A DNA stretch of 64,000 nucleotides from Hemiscyllium ocellatum (Eukaryota): NCBI RefSeq assembly GCF_020745735.1, contig NW_026867531.1, positions 372,001 to 436,000 on the forward strand. Reading direction: 5' to 3'. Below are positions 38,971-50,447 of this stretch, one piece after another. Position 1 is the stretch's first letter. The number at the start of each line of letters is the position of its first letter. The notes below the pieces were generated by a model. That model did no database searches. It saw only the letters and a program-made list of their open reading frames with translations, and was not told the origin of the DNA. The position numbers and the translations under genes are program-made.

Positions 38971-41545
38971 ATTCCTGTTTAATTCCAATGAATAAATACA
39001 AAATAACCGAGTCTGAATTTGGGATGATATTAATAGGATTTATTTCGATCTAAGCATGAACAGATTATTTTGACTGAACAGGTGGAGAGATTCACTTCCT
39101 GAAAAAGCAGCTCAAGTGATATAAGCTGGCACCAAACCGAGGTTGGTCAATACTGAGGCAAAACTACAGCATCCAGTCTTGAGTGAAATAAATAAAGAAA
39201 CTATCTTAACCCCAGAAAAAGATAGAGTGCATTAAATATGAACAAAGACACAAGTTTTTTAGGATATAATAGAAAAGTAATTTATAGTATATTGAAATGC
39301 AAACAGAGATGTGAGGTCTCTACATTCTTCCTAGCTAAATTAATCATTTCAGAAATGCCTTTGTTAATTTTCATGTATCACTCGTCGGTCCATTCCATGA
39401 ACCTTGCTAGATCCTTGTTAAATTCTGAACCATCAGGCGGTGGTTCTCAGTGGTTGTGAGTTTCATGTTATAGCAAATTGTGATGTTGTCCACTGTATGC
39501 CAATGTCTTAGTTAAAAATTTAAAGCAATCACAGCTCCAAACATTTACAAAATATCACTATGGATCTTCCTTGAGTCCAAAATAAAATGTCCCTTTGATC
39601 AATGATTTCTAAAATTTGTTCCCATATCTGTTGTGAAGGACGTTTTCAAATAACTTGAAGTGCAAATGGTTCCCATCAGTCGGAATACAGTAACATTTCA
39701 TGTGTTACCCCACACAAAAACAATCAAGCAATTTTGTTGTCACAAGTTGTTCTAAACAAGTCTAGGATGGACTGTTTTATCAAACAAAATCATTTCCAAT
39801 GTTGTGAGGACTCGTCTATCTTCTGTGCAATGTTCTGAATTTTGTATCTGAATGCAGATGTAACTGGCTGCTCTGGGTAAAAGTACAGTTTGTGCCTTTC
39901 ACATTGTTAATGTATATTACTGACTTTAGTTGAATAAAGTGATGTTGTCCCAGGCATCGTCTGGCACCATTAATTAGACCATTAATTCCCACATCGCTAG
40001 CCAGAGAGTCAGGTGGAGCTGGGATTGTTTTCAATTTTTGACCCAGACATTGGCGTATTTCCCCTATGGTGGGGGATTTCAACAATAGGGAACATGTTTT
40101 TACAATGAGAGGAGAAAATTTTTTAAAAAGATATCAGAGACAACTTTTTACACAGAGAATGGTTTGTGTGTGCGATGATCTGGTGGTGGATACTTACAAC
40201 CTATAGAAGACATTTGGATAAGTAAATGAATATCAAATGTTTGGAGGGATATGGGCCAAGTACACCCAGGTGGGATTAGTTTAGTTTGGGATTATGACTG
40301 GCATGGACTGGTTGGTCTGAAGTGTCTGTTTCCATGCTGTCTCACTCCATGACTCTATGACTATTTATCAATGTTTCTCAATATTAAACAGTGCTGTAGT
40401 GACCCTCGAATGAACTGTTGATGTTTAGGTTGTGTCTGAGACTCTGCGTATATTTCCTTCAATGAGAGGAGTGACTAGTTCTCCAAGTTTCACAACTGAA
40501 AAATAAACTTTTCTCCAGTATTGTTGCTGAGTAGATGTGTTCCTGCAGAGGCAGTGGTTATGGTTTGCAGTTTGCTTTCCACCAACTGGTCAACAGTGAG
40601 ACAAAATATCTTTGATCCACTGCAGAAACTCCACTTGCTTCCAGTAAATGAAACTGAAACTCAAGGACCTTTTCTGCAGTCAGCTTAATTGCTGCCAACT
40701 ATTGTATCTGGCCGATTAAAGGGAAAATGAATCAACTAAAGTAAAATCCTACCAAACAAACTTTATTTTCCCATTTACTCACAATGGATACATTTCACTT
40801 GGCATTTCTTCTTTAAAAAGGAAAGTCACAGAATACAGCATTCACTGTATGACTATCAGAGCCAGGACATTGAATGCAGTAACATTCTGGTTAGTTCAGT
40901 CTGTTTATTGAGTATCTTTAAAGCTCCTGAATATGAAGTTAATGGATCCAAAATCCCACATTGCAGTAACATTTGTTATCATCTCAAAGTAAATTAACAA
41001 ACTTGAATTGGTTCAAACTCACATCACTTGTTGCATCATTCTCTGATTCATGTATCTCATTAAAACTGAGTGGGCCCTTTATACATGGTCAACACTGGTG
41101 TCGTGTAACAGTGAATTTTTGCTTATTTTTATGAGTTAACTGCCCCTGTCAGAGCTATCAGTGAGCAGAGAAATGTACTGTTTATAACCTACATTCGTGG
41201 TAATGATTATTGTAATACTCTCTAATTTAACCAAACACTCCTGATGTCCCCAGGCAGTTACCTGCAATGGTTTAGATGTTGAGGATATTGAAAAAAACGT
41301 ATGGACTGTCCTGTTCTAATTCATTAGATGCTCTTTCAAAAGTTTACCTAGGCGTTATGTATCACTGCCAACTCACTTTTTGTTTCTCAGGCACACAGCT
41401 TTCCTTTACTATGCATTTTAGGGTCAGAGCAATTTGAAAAAAACGATGCAAGGAGAGACATTCTGCAATGTAAGGAGGTGCTTCTAATCTCCGGGTCCAA
41501 GCTGTTTAGTGATATCCATTCACAATCCGAACATAATGTATCGTT

Positions 41546-41856
41546 GGGGGCACGGTGGCACAGTGGTTAGCACTGCTGCCTCACAGCACCTGTAGACCCG
41601 GGTTCAATTCCCGACTCAGGCGACTGACTGTGTGGAGTTTGCACGTTCTCCCCGTGTCTGGGTGGGTTTCCTCCGGGTGCTCCGGTTTCCTCCCACAGTC
41701 ACAAAGATGTGCGGGTCAGGTGAATTGGCCATGCTAAATTGCCCGTAGTGTGAGGTAAGGGGTAAATGTAGAGGTATGGGTGGGTTGCGCTTCGGCGGGT
41801 CGGTGTGGACTTGTTGGGCCGAAGGGCCTGTTTCCACACTGTTAATCTAATCTAAT
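41546..41856 (+). mobile_element. Well-preserved tRNA-derived V-SINE (HE1-like)
   Basis: A-box TGGCACAGTGG, B-box GGTTCAATTCC, central V-domain, LINE-derived tail GTTGGGCCGAAGGGCCTGTTTCC, and (TAATC)n end. Confidence 0.92.
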
Positions 41857-42305
41857 AATCACTTTAGACCTGCTCCATATTCGGTTGCCTAAATGGAATT
41901 TAGAAACGCAGATTAGAAATGGGATGTTATTTTGTAAAGTGAGAGAGACTTTGAGTGACAGCAAAAATAAAGTCACTCATTTTGTTGGTTAATAATATGA
42001 TTGAAGTTCTTTTTAGCTTTATCTGCTTGTGGTGGAATGTAGAATTAAAGGGAGTTAACTTCAAATTGAATATTCTGAATATAATCACTTTGGACACGCT
42101 CTGTATTCAGTTGCCTAAATTGAATTTTGAAATGTTTAGTATGAATTACATGTTATTTTGTAGTGGGACAGAGACTGGCAGTGTCCTGGGAAATAAAAGC
42201 TCAATTGTTTTACTAGCTAGTAATACGTTTGAACTTTGATTTTAGTTTTATCTGCTTGTGAATGAATGTAGAAATAAAGGGAGCTAACTTTCAAATGAAT
42301 TTTTT
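41855..42305. repeat. Direct tandem duplication, 226-bp period, two diverged copies upstream of the VH promoter
   Basis: ATAATCACTTT(A/G)GAC...GTTGCCTAAAT...TTATCTGCTTGTG...AAAGGGAG(T/C)TAACTT starts at 41855 and again at 42081. Confidence 0.85.
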
Positions 42306-42566
42306 AAAAACAAAATACTTGCAACTATCATGTGAAACAGACCTGAAGCTACTCAATTTTACTCCCACCATTTAAAAAAAAACTCCCAAAGAAGCTATTC
42401 AGCAAAATAAATATCCCAAGATGTGTATATATCCATGTTTAAGCGTAACCTGGTAAATACATGAGCCCATGTGTTGGGGCTGTGCAAGCTGAGACCAGGA
42501 TCCAGTCTCAGCCTCCAGCAGGAAACCAACAGGCGGAAGCTGTAAGCCTGCCCTTTCCGATGGCCA

Positions 42567-42573
42567 TATAAAT
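42567..42573 (+). promoter_or_regulatory. TATA box of the VH promoter (no octamer upstream)
   Basis: TATAAAT 87 nt before the leader ATG. No ATGCAAAT/ATTTGCAT was seen in 42300-42660, consistent with octamer-less shark VH promoters. Confidence 0.75.
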
Positions 42574-42659
42574 CCTAGGCACTGGACCGTAATTCAACAC
42601 TCCGGGATCGGCTTTGTTTAGAAAGATCTTGACAGAACCGCTTCCCAGAAGTTATCAGA

Positions 42660-42708
42660 ATGATTGTGTCGACAATTTTTCTCAGTTTATTACTGACTTT
42701 CTTATCAT
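42660..42708 (+). CDS. IGHV: IgM VH leader exon 1 (MIVSTIFLSLLLTFLS + 1 nt)
   Basis: Hydrophobic signal peptide, phase-1 donor T|GTGAGT at 42709, and a 128-bp intron to TTAAAG|. Confidence 0.93.
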
Positions 42709-42836
42709 GTGAGTGTTTTTTGTTCAAGTCTGTCTTTGTTACTGTCTCAATGTTAGTCTACCTCAGGAATGTAAAAGACTCAGGCATCATTTCATCTGCA
42801 TTAATGCTCATGGTTTATTTCTTGTCTTTTTTAAAG

Positions 42837-43145
42837 GTGTCCACTCGGAGATTGTTTTGACCCAGCCAGAGGCAGAGACTGGCCGTCCCGACGGCAGCCT
42901 GGAACTGACCTGTAAAACCAGCGGGTTCGATCTCAGCAGCTACTGGATGTACTGGGTCCGCCAGGTTCCCGGCCAGGGTCTGGAGTGGCTGGTTAGCTAC
43001 TATAGTTCATCCAGCAGTTACTATGCACCAGCGATTAAGGGTCAATTAACTGCGTCCAAAGACACTTCAAACAACATTTTCGCATTGGACATGGGGAACC
43101 TGAAGATCGAAGACACCGCCATCTATTACTGTGCAAGAGACGGGT
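42837..43145 (+). CDS. IGHV: IgM VH exon ([26 protein letters not shown]...[13 protein letters not shown]...[12 protein letters not shown]), open frame
   Basis: Canonical V-domain Cys, Trp and YYC. Shark mu-type framework. Ends at an RSS heptamer. Confidence 0.97.
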
Positions 43146-43183
43146 CACAGTGTTGTGCACAGCGACATCCTCATACAATAACC
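43146..43183 (+). other. RSS, 22-bp spacer (CACAGTG-22-ACAATAACC)
   Basis: Heptamer 43146-43152, spacer 43153-43174, nonamer 43175-43183. Confidence 0.95.
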
Positions 43184-43486
43184 ACTGACAAGGATTTATC
43201 TCAAATTGGTGATTTCTACCGTGGCAGGAGCGAGAAATAATGTGAGATGCAATTTAAACACAATCCAGTCGGGCTAGTTTGTACAAATGTATAATTTTTT
43301 TCTACTTTCTTCGTGTTGATTGTCAAGTTAAATGCAGACCAAACCTGGAAAAGTATTCCAAGCTTTCAAAATACAATGAATAGTAAAAGCTGAAATAATG
43401 CACCAAATCATTTTTAGAGGAGTCTGAATCACTGCTTTCTGGGAAGTGAAGAAATTATTTGCATTTTACAGTTTACAGTCTGTCAT

Positions 43487-43557
43487 AGTATTTGACACAA
43501 CGTGTCTCACAGTGAGAGAGCTGGAATGGCACTGCAATTATGATCAATACAAAAACC
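43487..43557 (+). other. IGHD: DH segment AGAGAGCTGGAATGG (43515-43529) flanked by two 12-bp-spacer RSSs (D2-type)
   Basis: 5' RSS AGTATTTGA(43487-95)-12-CACAGTG(43508-14). 3' RSS CACTGCA(43530-36)-12-ACAAAAACC(43549-57). All three forward frames are open (RELEW / ESWN / RAGM). Confidence 0.9.
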
Positions 43558-43883
43558 TATTCAGCCTCCATTGTTTGAAACTAGTCAGTGATTATTTCTA
43601 CAAACCGTCTTAACTTGCAGTGCAGTATTAGTTCTGTGGGTTTTATGCCAGTATCACTATTTAATTTGGAAAAGGGTTGGGTAATTATTGATATACCAGT
43701 TGGGGATTTTGAGAATCAGCTCATGTGTTACTCTGTGAAGTATAAAACAGTATTAAAATTTATCAAGAATGATCAGAATTCACTAGCGCAATTATGTGAT
43801 GAAGATTTATCGGGACTTTATTTTGCCTGTGGTTCTGAAAATTTAAAATGATGGTAGATTTTTGATTTGTTTTATGCAGAGCT

Positions 43884-43970
43884 AGTTATTATGTGACTCA
43901 GTCCAGAGAACGTAACACTGTGAGTATCTTGATTACTGGGGCCAAGGGAGCATGGTGACTGTGACTTCAG
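43884..43970 (+). CDS. IGHJ: JH segment (43923-43970, YLDYWGQGSMVTVTS) with upstream 23-RSS
   Basis: AGTTATTAT(43884-92)-23-CACTGTG(43916-22), WGXG motif, and phase-1 donor G|GTAAGA at 43971. Confidence 0.95.
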
Positions 43971-44490
43971 GTAAGAACTTTGAACTTTCCTAGTGACTTT
44001 TTAAAAACTTTCTATCCATGTGACTAATTTCTGAATTAAATGAAGCTCAGATTCTGTGCTGAGTTTGGTTTGGTTCGGATTGATTTTTGTTCAGACTGAT
44101 TATAGACTTCAGTTAATGCTCAGCAAATAGTTAAAATGGTGATGATGGAGTCAGTTGCTCGGTGTATCTCTATTGTTTGATCAGATGGGCATTCTGTGTG
44201 GCTGGGTTACTTGAAACACCTAATGTCTCTTAATCAGTCAGCTATAAATAATGTTTAATGCCAGTGACACCCTGACTGTGAGTTTTATTATCAACAACAA
44301 ATGCTAAGAATTCAAAGATGTTCAAGATATTACCAAACATGACTAAAATATGCTAAAATATCATGATTCATTTCCTGAATATATGTTCTTACCATGATTA
44401 TATTTTCTCATTTATTTTGTTAATTTTGTTGATGACAAGCAGGTTAGAAACTGTCATAAAAGCTTCTTGCGGTGCTATATTGCATTCTGT

Positions 44491-44785
44491 TGATTAGATT
44501 CTGAGTTTGTTTTACTTGATTCTGTTGAATTGAGTTGATTGGATTTTGGCTTTGTTTTAGTTGATTGGGTTGAACTGTGTTGATTGGATTCTGACTTTGT
44601 TTTTACTTAGTTTTGTTGAATTTTGTTGATTGGTTTTTGAAATGGTTTTATTTGATTCTGTTGAATTGAATTGGTTGGATTCTGATTATGTTTCATTCAA
44701 ATCTGTTGTTTTGTGTTGATTGGATTCTGATTTTATTTTCCTGGATTCTGTTGAATTGAGTTGATTGGATTCTTATTCAGTTTGT
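44491..44785. repeat. 45-bp T/G-rich tandem repeat (about 6.5 units) at the 5' end of the J-C intron
   Basis: Units start at 44491, 44536, 44581, 44627, 44672, 44717 and 44762. Consensus is approximately TGATTGGATTCTGANTTTGTTTTACTTGATTCTGTTGAATTGAGT. Confidence 0.9.
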
Positions 44786-46394
44786 GAAATTGATCTGCGT
44801 TTTCATGCTTTCTGAATTGGTGTTTTCTTTCTGGTGAGGAGATTGACTCTCTGGATTACTTTTCATTACCAATATTTGTGAAGTTCTTTTGGTTTTCATG
44901 AATCATTTCTGCATTTGTTAAACTTATATGACACATTTTTCTCTGCTTGATTGAAAACATTACATCTATTTGTAACGGTCTGAAAAACAACTCAAGGCAG
45001 AAACCCAGAAGTGTGAGAAATGAAAAAAAAACGAGTTTTTAATGCGTTGACTTTTAAAAAAAACTCCGTTCTAATTGTAAACGAACTGAATTTTGTTTTG
45101 AATAGCCTCATTCAAAATAAAATTTGGGACTAAAATCTGAAACTGCAGAATTGATCAGATTACGTAATTGAAACTAACTTAAAATTATAATGTGGTAATA
45201 TTTGTCCATTCAGTAATTTTGTTTTGACCATGAAGTGATTAATCAATATATGCCTTCAACCCCACTCTACTGTGCACTGCACAAGATAGTCATGATCAGG
45301 AAGAGTGTGCAGGTTGGAAATAAATTGAACTATTGCCAGAAACGTTACAGCTTTAAGTGTTAAGTCCCCTACAAACAAGGTTGCTGTTATGACTTGTTAT
45401 TTCTATTCAATTTAATCATTAGTTTGGTTGATTTTAAGCAGCTTTGATAGACTTCAATTTGTTTTTTTTGTGAGGTTACGTCATGTTCTTGGTTCTGTTG
45501 AAAATGTTTGCAGAGCTAGTTCTGCTGCAAACACACCGTGTTGTGATCTGGTGATCGTTGATCTGTTGAGGAGGGACTGTGCTTGGGTAACATTAAATGT
45601 GTTATATTTGGGAAACTGTTTCTGGTTTCTACATTGTTTTTGCAATGTTAACACGGTTGGTGACAGTGAACTGCTCTTTCCTCATTCAATGCAATCAGCA
45701 TGCGAGTTAAAATTTCATAAAGTGAAATTATTTCGTTTATTAAGTGAAAGCAAATTGCAAAGTTTTAGAAATGAAGGGAAAACAGATACCTTCAGGCACC
45801 ATTTTTACTTAAAATAAATAATTAAGGATTAATCGAATCCATGCTTTACAATCCAAATTCAAAACTCAACTATCTAGTTCAATCACAAGGTCTGTCTTTA
45901 AACAGTTTGCAAGTCATAGAGAAATATAAATAGAATTTCAAAAGTCTAATGTTCTAATAGTTCTTGCTCTTGAGCAAAAATGCCATGACTGTGCTATAAT
46001 TGATCAAGAAACACCTTTCAATTCCGCTGTACACTACATACATATTTTTCTGGCTGGAAAAGATCATTGGCAAAGACCATTTGGAAATTCTGCTCAATTC
46101 TATGAAGAACAGATCAGTTTCACTGCTTTGATCAGTTTCACACATAACTTGAGTTAATTAATTGTTATGTCCCTGATTAAACTGGATTTGCAGGATAAAA
46201 ATAAAACATTAACTGAATTATTTAACCTGCACAGTACTTTAGGTGTTCCCAATCTGTGCATTTTAAATAAATAATTACATTTTACAACAAAATATCAACT
46301 GAGGAGTCATTCTTCCGGAAACAACTGCGAGAGTGAGTTATGTGACCAAGGCCAAATTTCGAATTAATTAAAGTAATCCACTCATGAACTCGCA

Positions 46395-46735
46395 GGGCAG
46401 CATGGTGGCTCAGTGATTGGCATTGCTGCCTCACAGCACCAGGGTCCCAAATTTGATTCCACCCTCGGGTGACTGCCTGTGTGGAGTTTGTACATTCTCC
46501 CTGTGTCTGCGTGGGTTTCCTTCGGGCGCTCTGGTTTCCTACCACAGTCTAAAAGAAGTGCAGGTCAGGTGATTGTGCAATTGAGCACAGCCATAGTGTT
46601 CAGGGATGTGTATGTCAGGGTGCATTAGTCAGGGGCAAATATAAATTAGGGGGAATGGGTCTGGGTGGGCTACTTACTGAACAGAGGGTCAGTGTGGAAT
46701 TGTTGGGCCAAATGGCCTGTTTCCTTACTGTAGGA
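46395..46735 (+). mobile_element. V-SINE (HE1-like)
   Basis: TGGCTCAGTGATTGG A-box, V-domain, and TTGTTGGGCCAAATGGCCTGTTTCC tail. Confidence 0.85.
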
Positions 46736-46983
46736 ACTCTCCTCTTAAAACCATGGGAGTACTTGCTGCAAACGCAGAGAATTCATTTTACATCGATGTG
46801 TTCAGACGGATGCAGAGTTCACAAATTTGCAGAAGACATGAACTAGAGGATAACAGAGCACATTGTTTATTCAGACACTGAAAATAGAGTAATATTTATT
46901 TTAATTAATATACTTGACCTATTTATTGCAATGTAGCGATCAGAAGGAATCTGCTCACGTTAGTTAAGTGTGACAATCTTTCA

Positions 46984-47272
46984 GATTAGATTTCCTGCAG
47001 TATGTATCGGGCCATTTGGCCCAACAAGTCCACACTGACCCTCTGAAGAGTAACCCACCCAGACCCATTCCCCTACCCTATATTTACCCCTGACTAATGC
47101 ACCGAACACTATAGACAATATAGCATGACCAGTTCACCTGACATGCACATCTTTGGATTGTGGGAGGAAATCCACACAGACACAGGGGAGATTGTGTAAA
47201 CTCCACATAGGCAGTCACCTGAGGCTGGAACCGAGCCTGGGTACCTGGATCTGTGAGGCAGCAGTGCCACAT
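46984..47272 (-). mobile_element. V-SINE (HE1-like), minus strand
   Basis: Reverse complement of the same SINE: tail GGCCATTTGGCCCAACAAGTCCACAC, V-domain, and head TGTGAGGCAGCAGTGC. Confidence 0.85.
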
Positions 47273-49956
47273 TTACTTAGACATCCATTAAAGTGGGCAA
47301 CTCCAGACAGAAGCATGTTTTCAATTCATACCTTTTTAAACATTTTAGTTCATTAAAAGCAGTTAACAAGAAAATAACCTTGCCCTAATTCCTTCAACAG
47401 AAATGCTTTCCACACTGGAATGCAGTATTGTTTATACAGTGCATGCAAAATCTCCACAGTTCAAGGAACATTTTAAGAATATGTAAAAATAATTTAGAGA
47501 ATAACCCATTTCCTCCAGATCTGTGCTTTAATTGGTGATATTTCCCACCTCAATAATTTATGCAATGACTTATTAAGTTTATTAATTCAGTGGTTATTTA
47601 TGTTCATTATGAACACATTCTCGTTCATATTAATCCACTGGTTAATTCTTCTGATGAATATTCAATTACAGTGAATATATTTGACGTGAGGAGTTGAGCA
47701 ATGTATCCTCTAGGATTAAGTCTGTTGTACAGTTTGTTTCAGTGCTATCTCTGACTAACTTGCCAACGGTCCTGACCATTTGTAAATTGTCCAGTTGGGA
47801 TACCTGAATCTCAGACAGTTCAATTCCATCTCGCGCTTCAAAACCACTTTTATCTGCCAGAAATACAATAGGTGCCTCAGAATTGAGAGCCCTGACTAAG
47901 TTGTTCCAATCAGAACGAACGTTTCAGGAACAAAAGGCAGATAGCAAGAGTTCTGAAATTGGTTGTTGGCAACAAGAGATATTTGATTGAGCGAGGCAGA
48001 GGGAAATATGCTGCATATTTTCTTTGTGCCTCAGTTATGCAGGACATGTTTCGTGGCACAATGCAGAATCAGAATTTTTTTGCACCTTATTATTTGAAAA
48101 CCTATTATCAGCTTTTAATGTCACTGGCAACAGTAATATTACACTTCAAAACATTTTAAACTTTCTCAAACTAAGTAGACCGTCTAGTGCAGCAACATTC
48201 ACAGCGGAAAGAGGAAGGGAGTTCGAGGTTGGAATCCAGTGACAGTGAATTGATGGCAATGCAATTCCTAGTTTTATTCCTCTGTAGTTCCCATAGAGTT
48301 TGAACAATTTGGAGCTGCTGTCAAAGTATTCTTGGATAAATGTTGAAACGTTACTTTCATTGTACAAACATTCTGGAACAATCCCTAGTTGTTGGAAGGT
48401 GTTAATAACTAACATGGTTTATGTACTGTCAAAACAGGTGGGCTATGTTCTCCGTGATAGTGTCGAGCTCATTGTGTTCAGGTCTGTTGTGAAGTTATAG
48501 GAGGGTCCCTGATTCTGTGCCAGGTGGTCTGTGTTCACTTACCACCTGTTAGAGAGGTATGTAACACCATCTCTTATCAGGTTACTTCAATGCAAGAAAG
48601 CAGATTGAGATGTTTGGGTGTTTGTTGGAATTCCACTCACAGAGGCCAGTGAAATCTATTCAATCTCTGTCCTGACTTGTGTCTCTTAGATATTAAACAG
48701 AATTTTGGTGGTTAGCAGCTTTTTCCAGATCAATATTTGTTCACAAGCTTTTGGGCATCGCTAGATGGGGTTAATGGAGTAAGTGCTCAAAGAAATCCCA
48801 GCTTTTGACTTGCTGTTCTAACAATATCATTTATAACTAATCCCGAATGAATCATTTTCAAAGTATATTTGATGAGATTATGCTGAGGCTGTTTTACTTT
48901 ATATTAAACCAGTGCTGTAGCTGAATTTGATAGTTCAGTACGGTGAGGGTTCTGCTGATCCAACACTTGCAGCAGATGGTGATAGCTTTTCTGTTGGTCT
49001 TCCATTGCTATCTCAGACCATCCAGTACCTCTGCTAAGAATTCTTTTTCCAACAGGACTCAAGCCAACGTAATCACTGTTTATCTCAACAGATGTGAGCT
49101 CTTGTGCCAAAAACATGAAAACAATTTGGTGAAGAGGGGTCTCTGGATGCGAAAGGTTAACCTTGCCTTCTCTCCACAGGAGCTGCTAGACCTGCTGAGT
49201 TTCTTCAGAAGTTTCTGTCTTTATTTTGGTTTTCTAGCATTTAAAGTTTGTTGTTTCATTGAAAAAAGTTCTGTTCGATTAAACACGTTCTTCAGAGAAA
49301 AGATGCATTTGAACAAATTGCGAATGTTCAGAGATATTATTGAATTTGAGTGCCCTGATCTCGAGCTGTAGTTTCACAAGAAACTACTATGAAGTAACAA
49401 CACACTGCAGAGTGCAGTGGCTGCTGTAATTGGGTGGAAGTTATTTTGATCACTCAAATAGAGAATGTCAATGATCCCGTTCCAAATAATCAACAGAAGT
49501 TTTTTTTTAAAGCACGTGTCAAACAATTAATTTGTTGAACAATTTTAATAACAAGTATTCACGGCCAGTGCTAGCTTAATGAATGACACAATGATAGAAA
49601 GGTAGGAACAAGAGGAGGGCACTCAGCCCCTCGAGCTGTTCCACCACTTACTTAGATCATGGTGCATCTGTGAGCTCAATCCCCAGGTCTCCCTTTGGCT
49701 AAAACTCTTTAACAAGCAAAAACTATCCCAGATTTACTGATTCGACTGCCCATAACAAAGGGAGACACTATTTCTGAAAGACATTCCTGTGAGTACAGTG
49801 ACACAATGAGGCTGGAATTAATTGCTCATGAAAGTAAACTTTAAATCTCTGACAATTTCCAATTGAAACATCCCAATCATCATATTTCATTAATTTAACA
49901 CTATACTTCCCTGGAATAAAGAAATATAATGTGTGATTGCCTTGATAAAAATGAGG

Positions 49957-50161
49957 AGGAAGTGAGGACTGCAGATGCTGGAGATCAGAGCTGAAAATGT
50001 GTTGCTGGAAAAGTGCAGCAAGTCTGGCAGCATCCAAGGAGCAGGAGAATCGACGTTTCGGGCATGAGTCCTTCTTCAGGAAGGGCTCCTTGGATACTGC
50101 CTGCTCCTTGGATGCTGCCTGACCTGCTGCACTTTTCCAGCAACACATTTTCAGCAGTTGC
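49957..50161. mobile_element. Short palindromic PLE derivative; 11-bp TSD
   Basis: TSD TAAAAATGAGG at 49946-49956 and 50162-50172. The long left arm carries a minus-strand hammerhead. Confidence 0.85.
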
Positions 50162-50256
50162 TAAAAATGAGGGAAGCTTCATTCCTATTATATGATTAAG
50201 AAATAGCTCTGTTCATTCAGTGAAAACACAGTCAAATCACACAAAAGGAAACCATG

Positions 50257-50447
50257 ATTTGGAGATGTCGGTTTTGGACTGGGGTGTACACAGTTAAAAA
50301 TCACACAACACCAGGTTATAGTCCAACAGGTTTAATTGGAAGCACACCAACTTTCGGAGCGACGCTCCTTTATCAGCAACGCTCCGAAAGCTAGTTTGTT
50401 TCCAATTAAACCTGTTGGACTACAACCTAGTGTTGTGTGATTTTTAA
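50257..50447. mobile_element. Short palindromic element of a second PLE/HHR family; 14-bp TSD
   Basis: TSD AAAAGGAAACCATG at 50243-50256 and 50448-50461. Arms TTAAAAATCACACAACAC...TCCAACAGGTTTAATTGGAA / reverse complement. Hammerhead-like GGAGC-GTC-GCTCC-GAAAG core at the centre. Confidence 0.85.

Noticed and set aside
41546-41625. tRNA gene
   Set aside because: The A/B boxes belong to a SINE head followed by the V-domain and LINE tail. There is no cloverleaf or tRNA 3' end.
43184-43486. A separate D1 segment between V and D
   Set aside because: No paired heptamer/nonamer was found. CACAATC (43259) and CACTGCT (43430) have no matching nonamers.
44235-44286. Possible second, degenerate J segment (TTT AAT GCC AGT GAC ACC CTG ACT|GTGAGT) about 310 bp after JH
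   Set aside because: It lacks the W/F-G-X-G glycines, and no credible heptamer-23-nonamer lies upstream. The resemblance is probably chance.
47842-47913. RUNX-like, GATA and CCAAT motifs clustered in the J-C intron as a putative enhancer
   Set aside because: These are short motifs expected by chance, and the RUNX site is imperfect. No conservation data are available.
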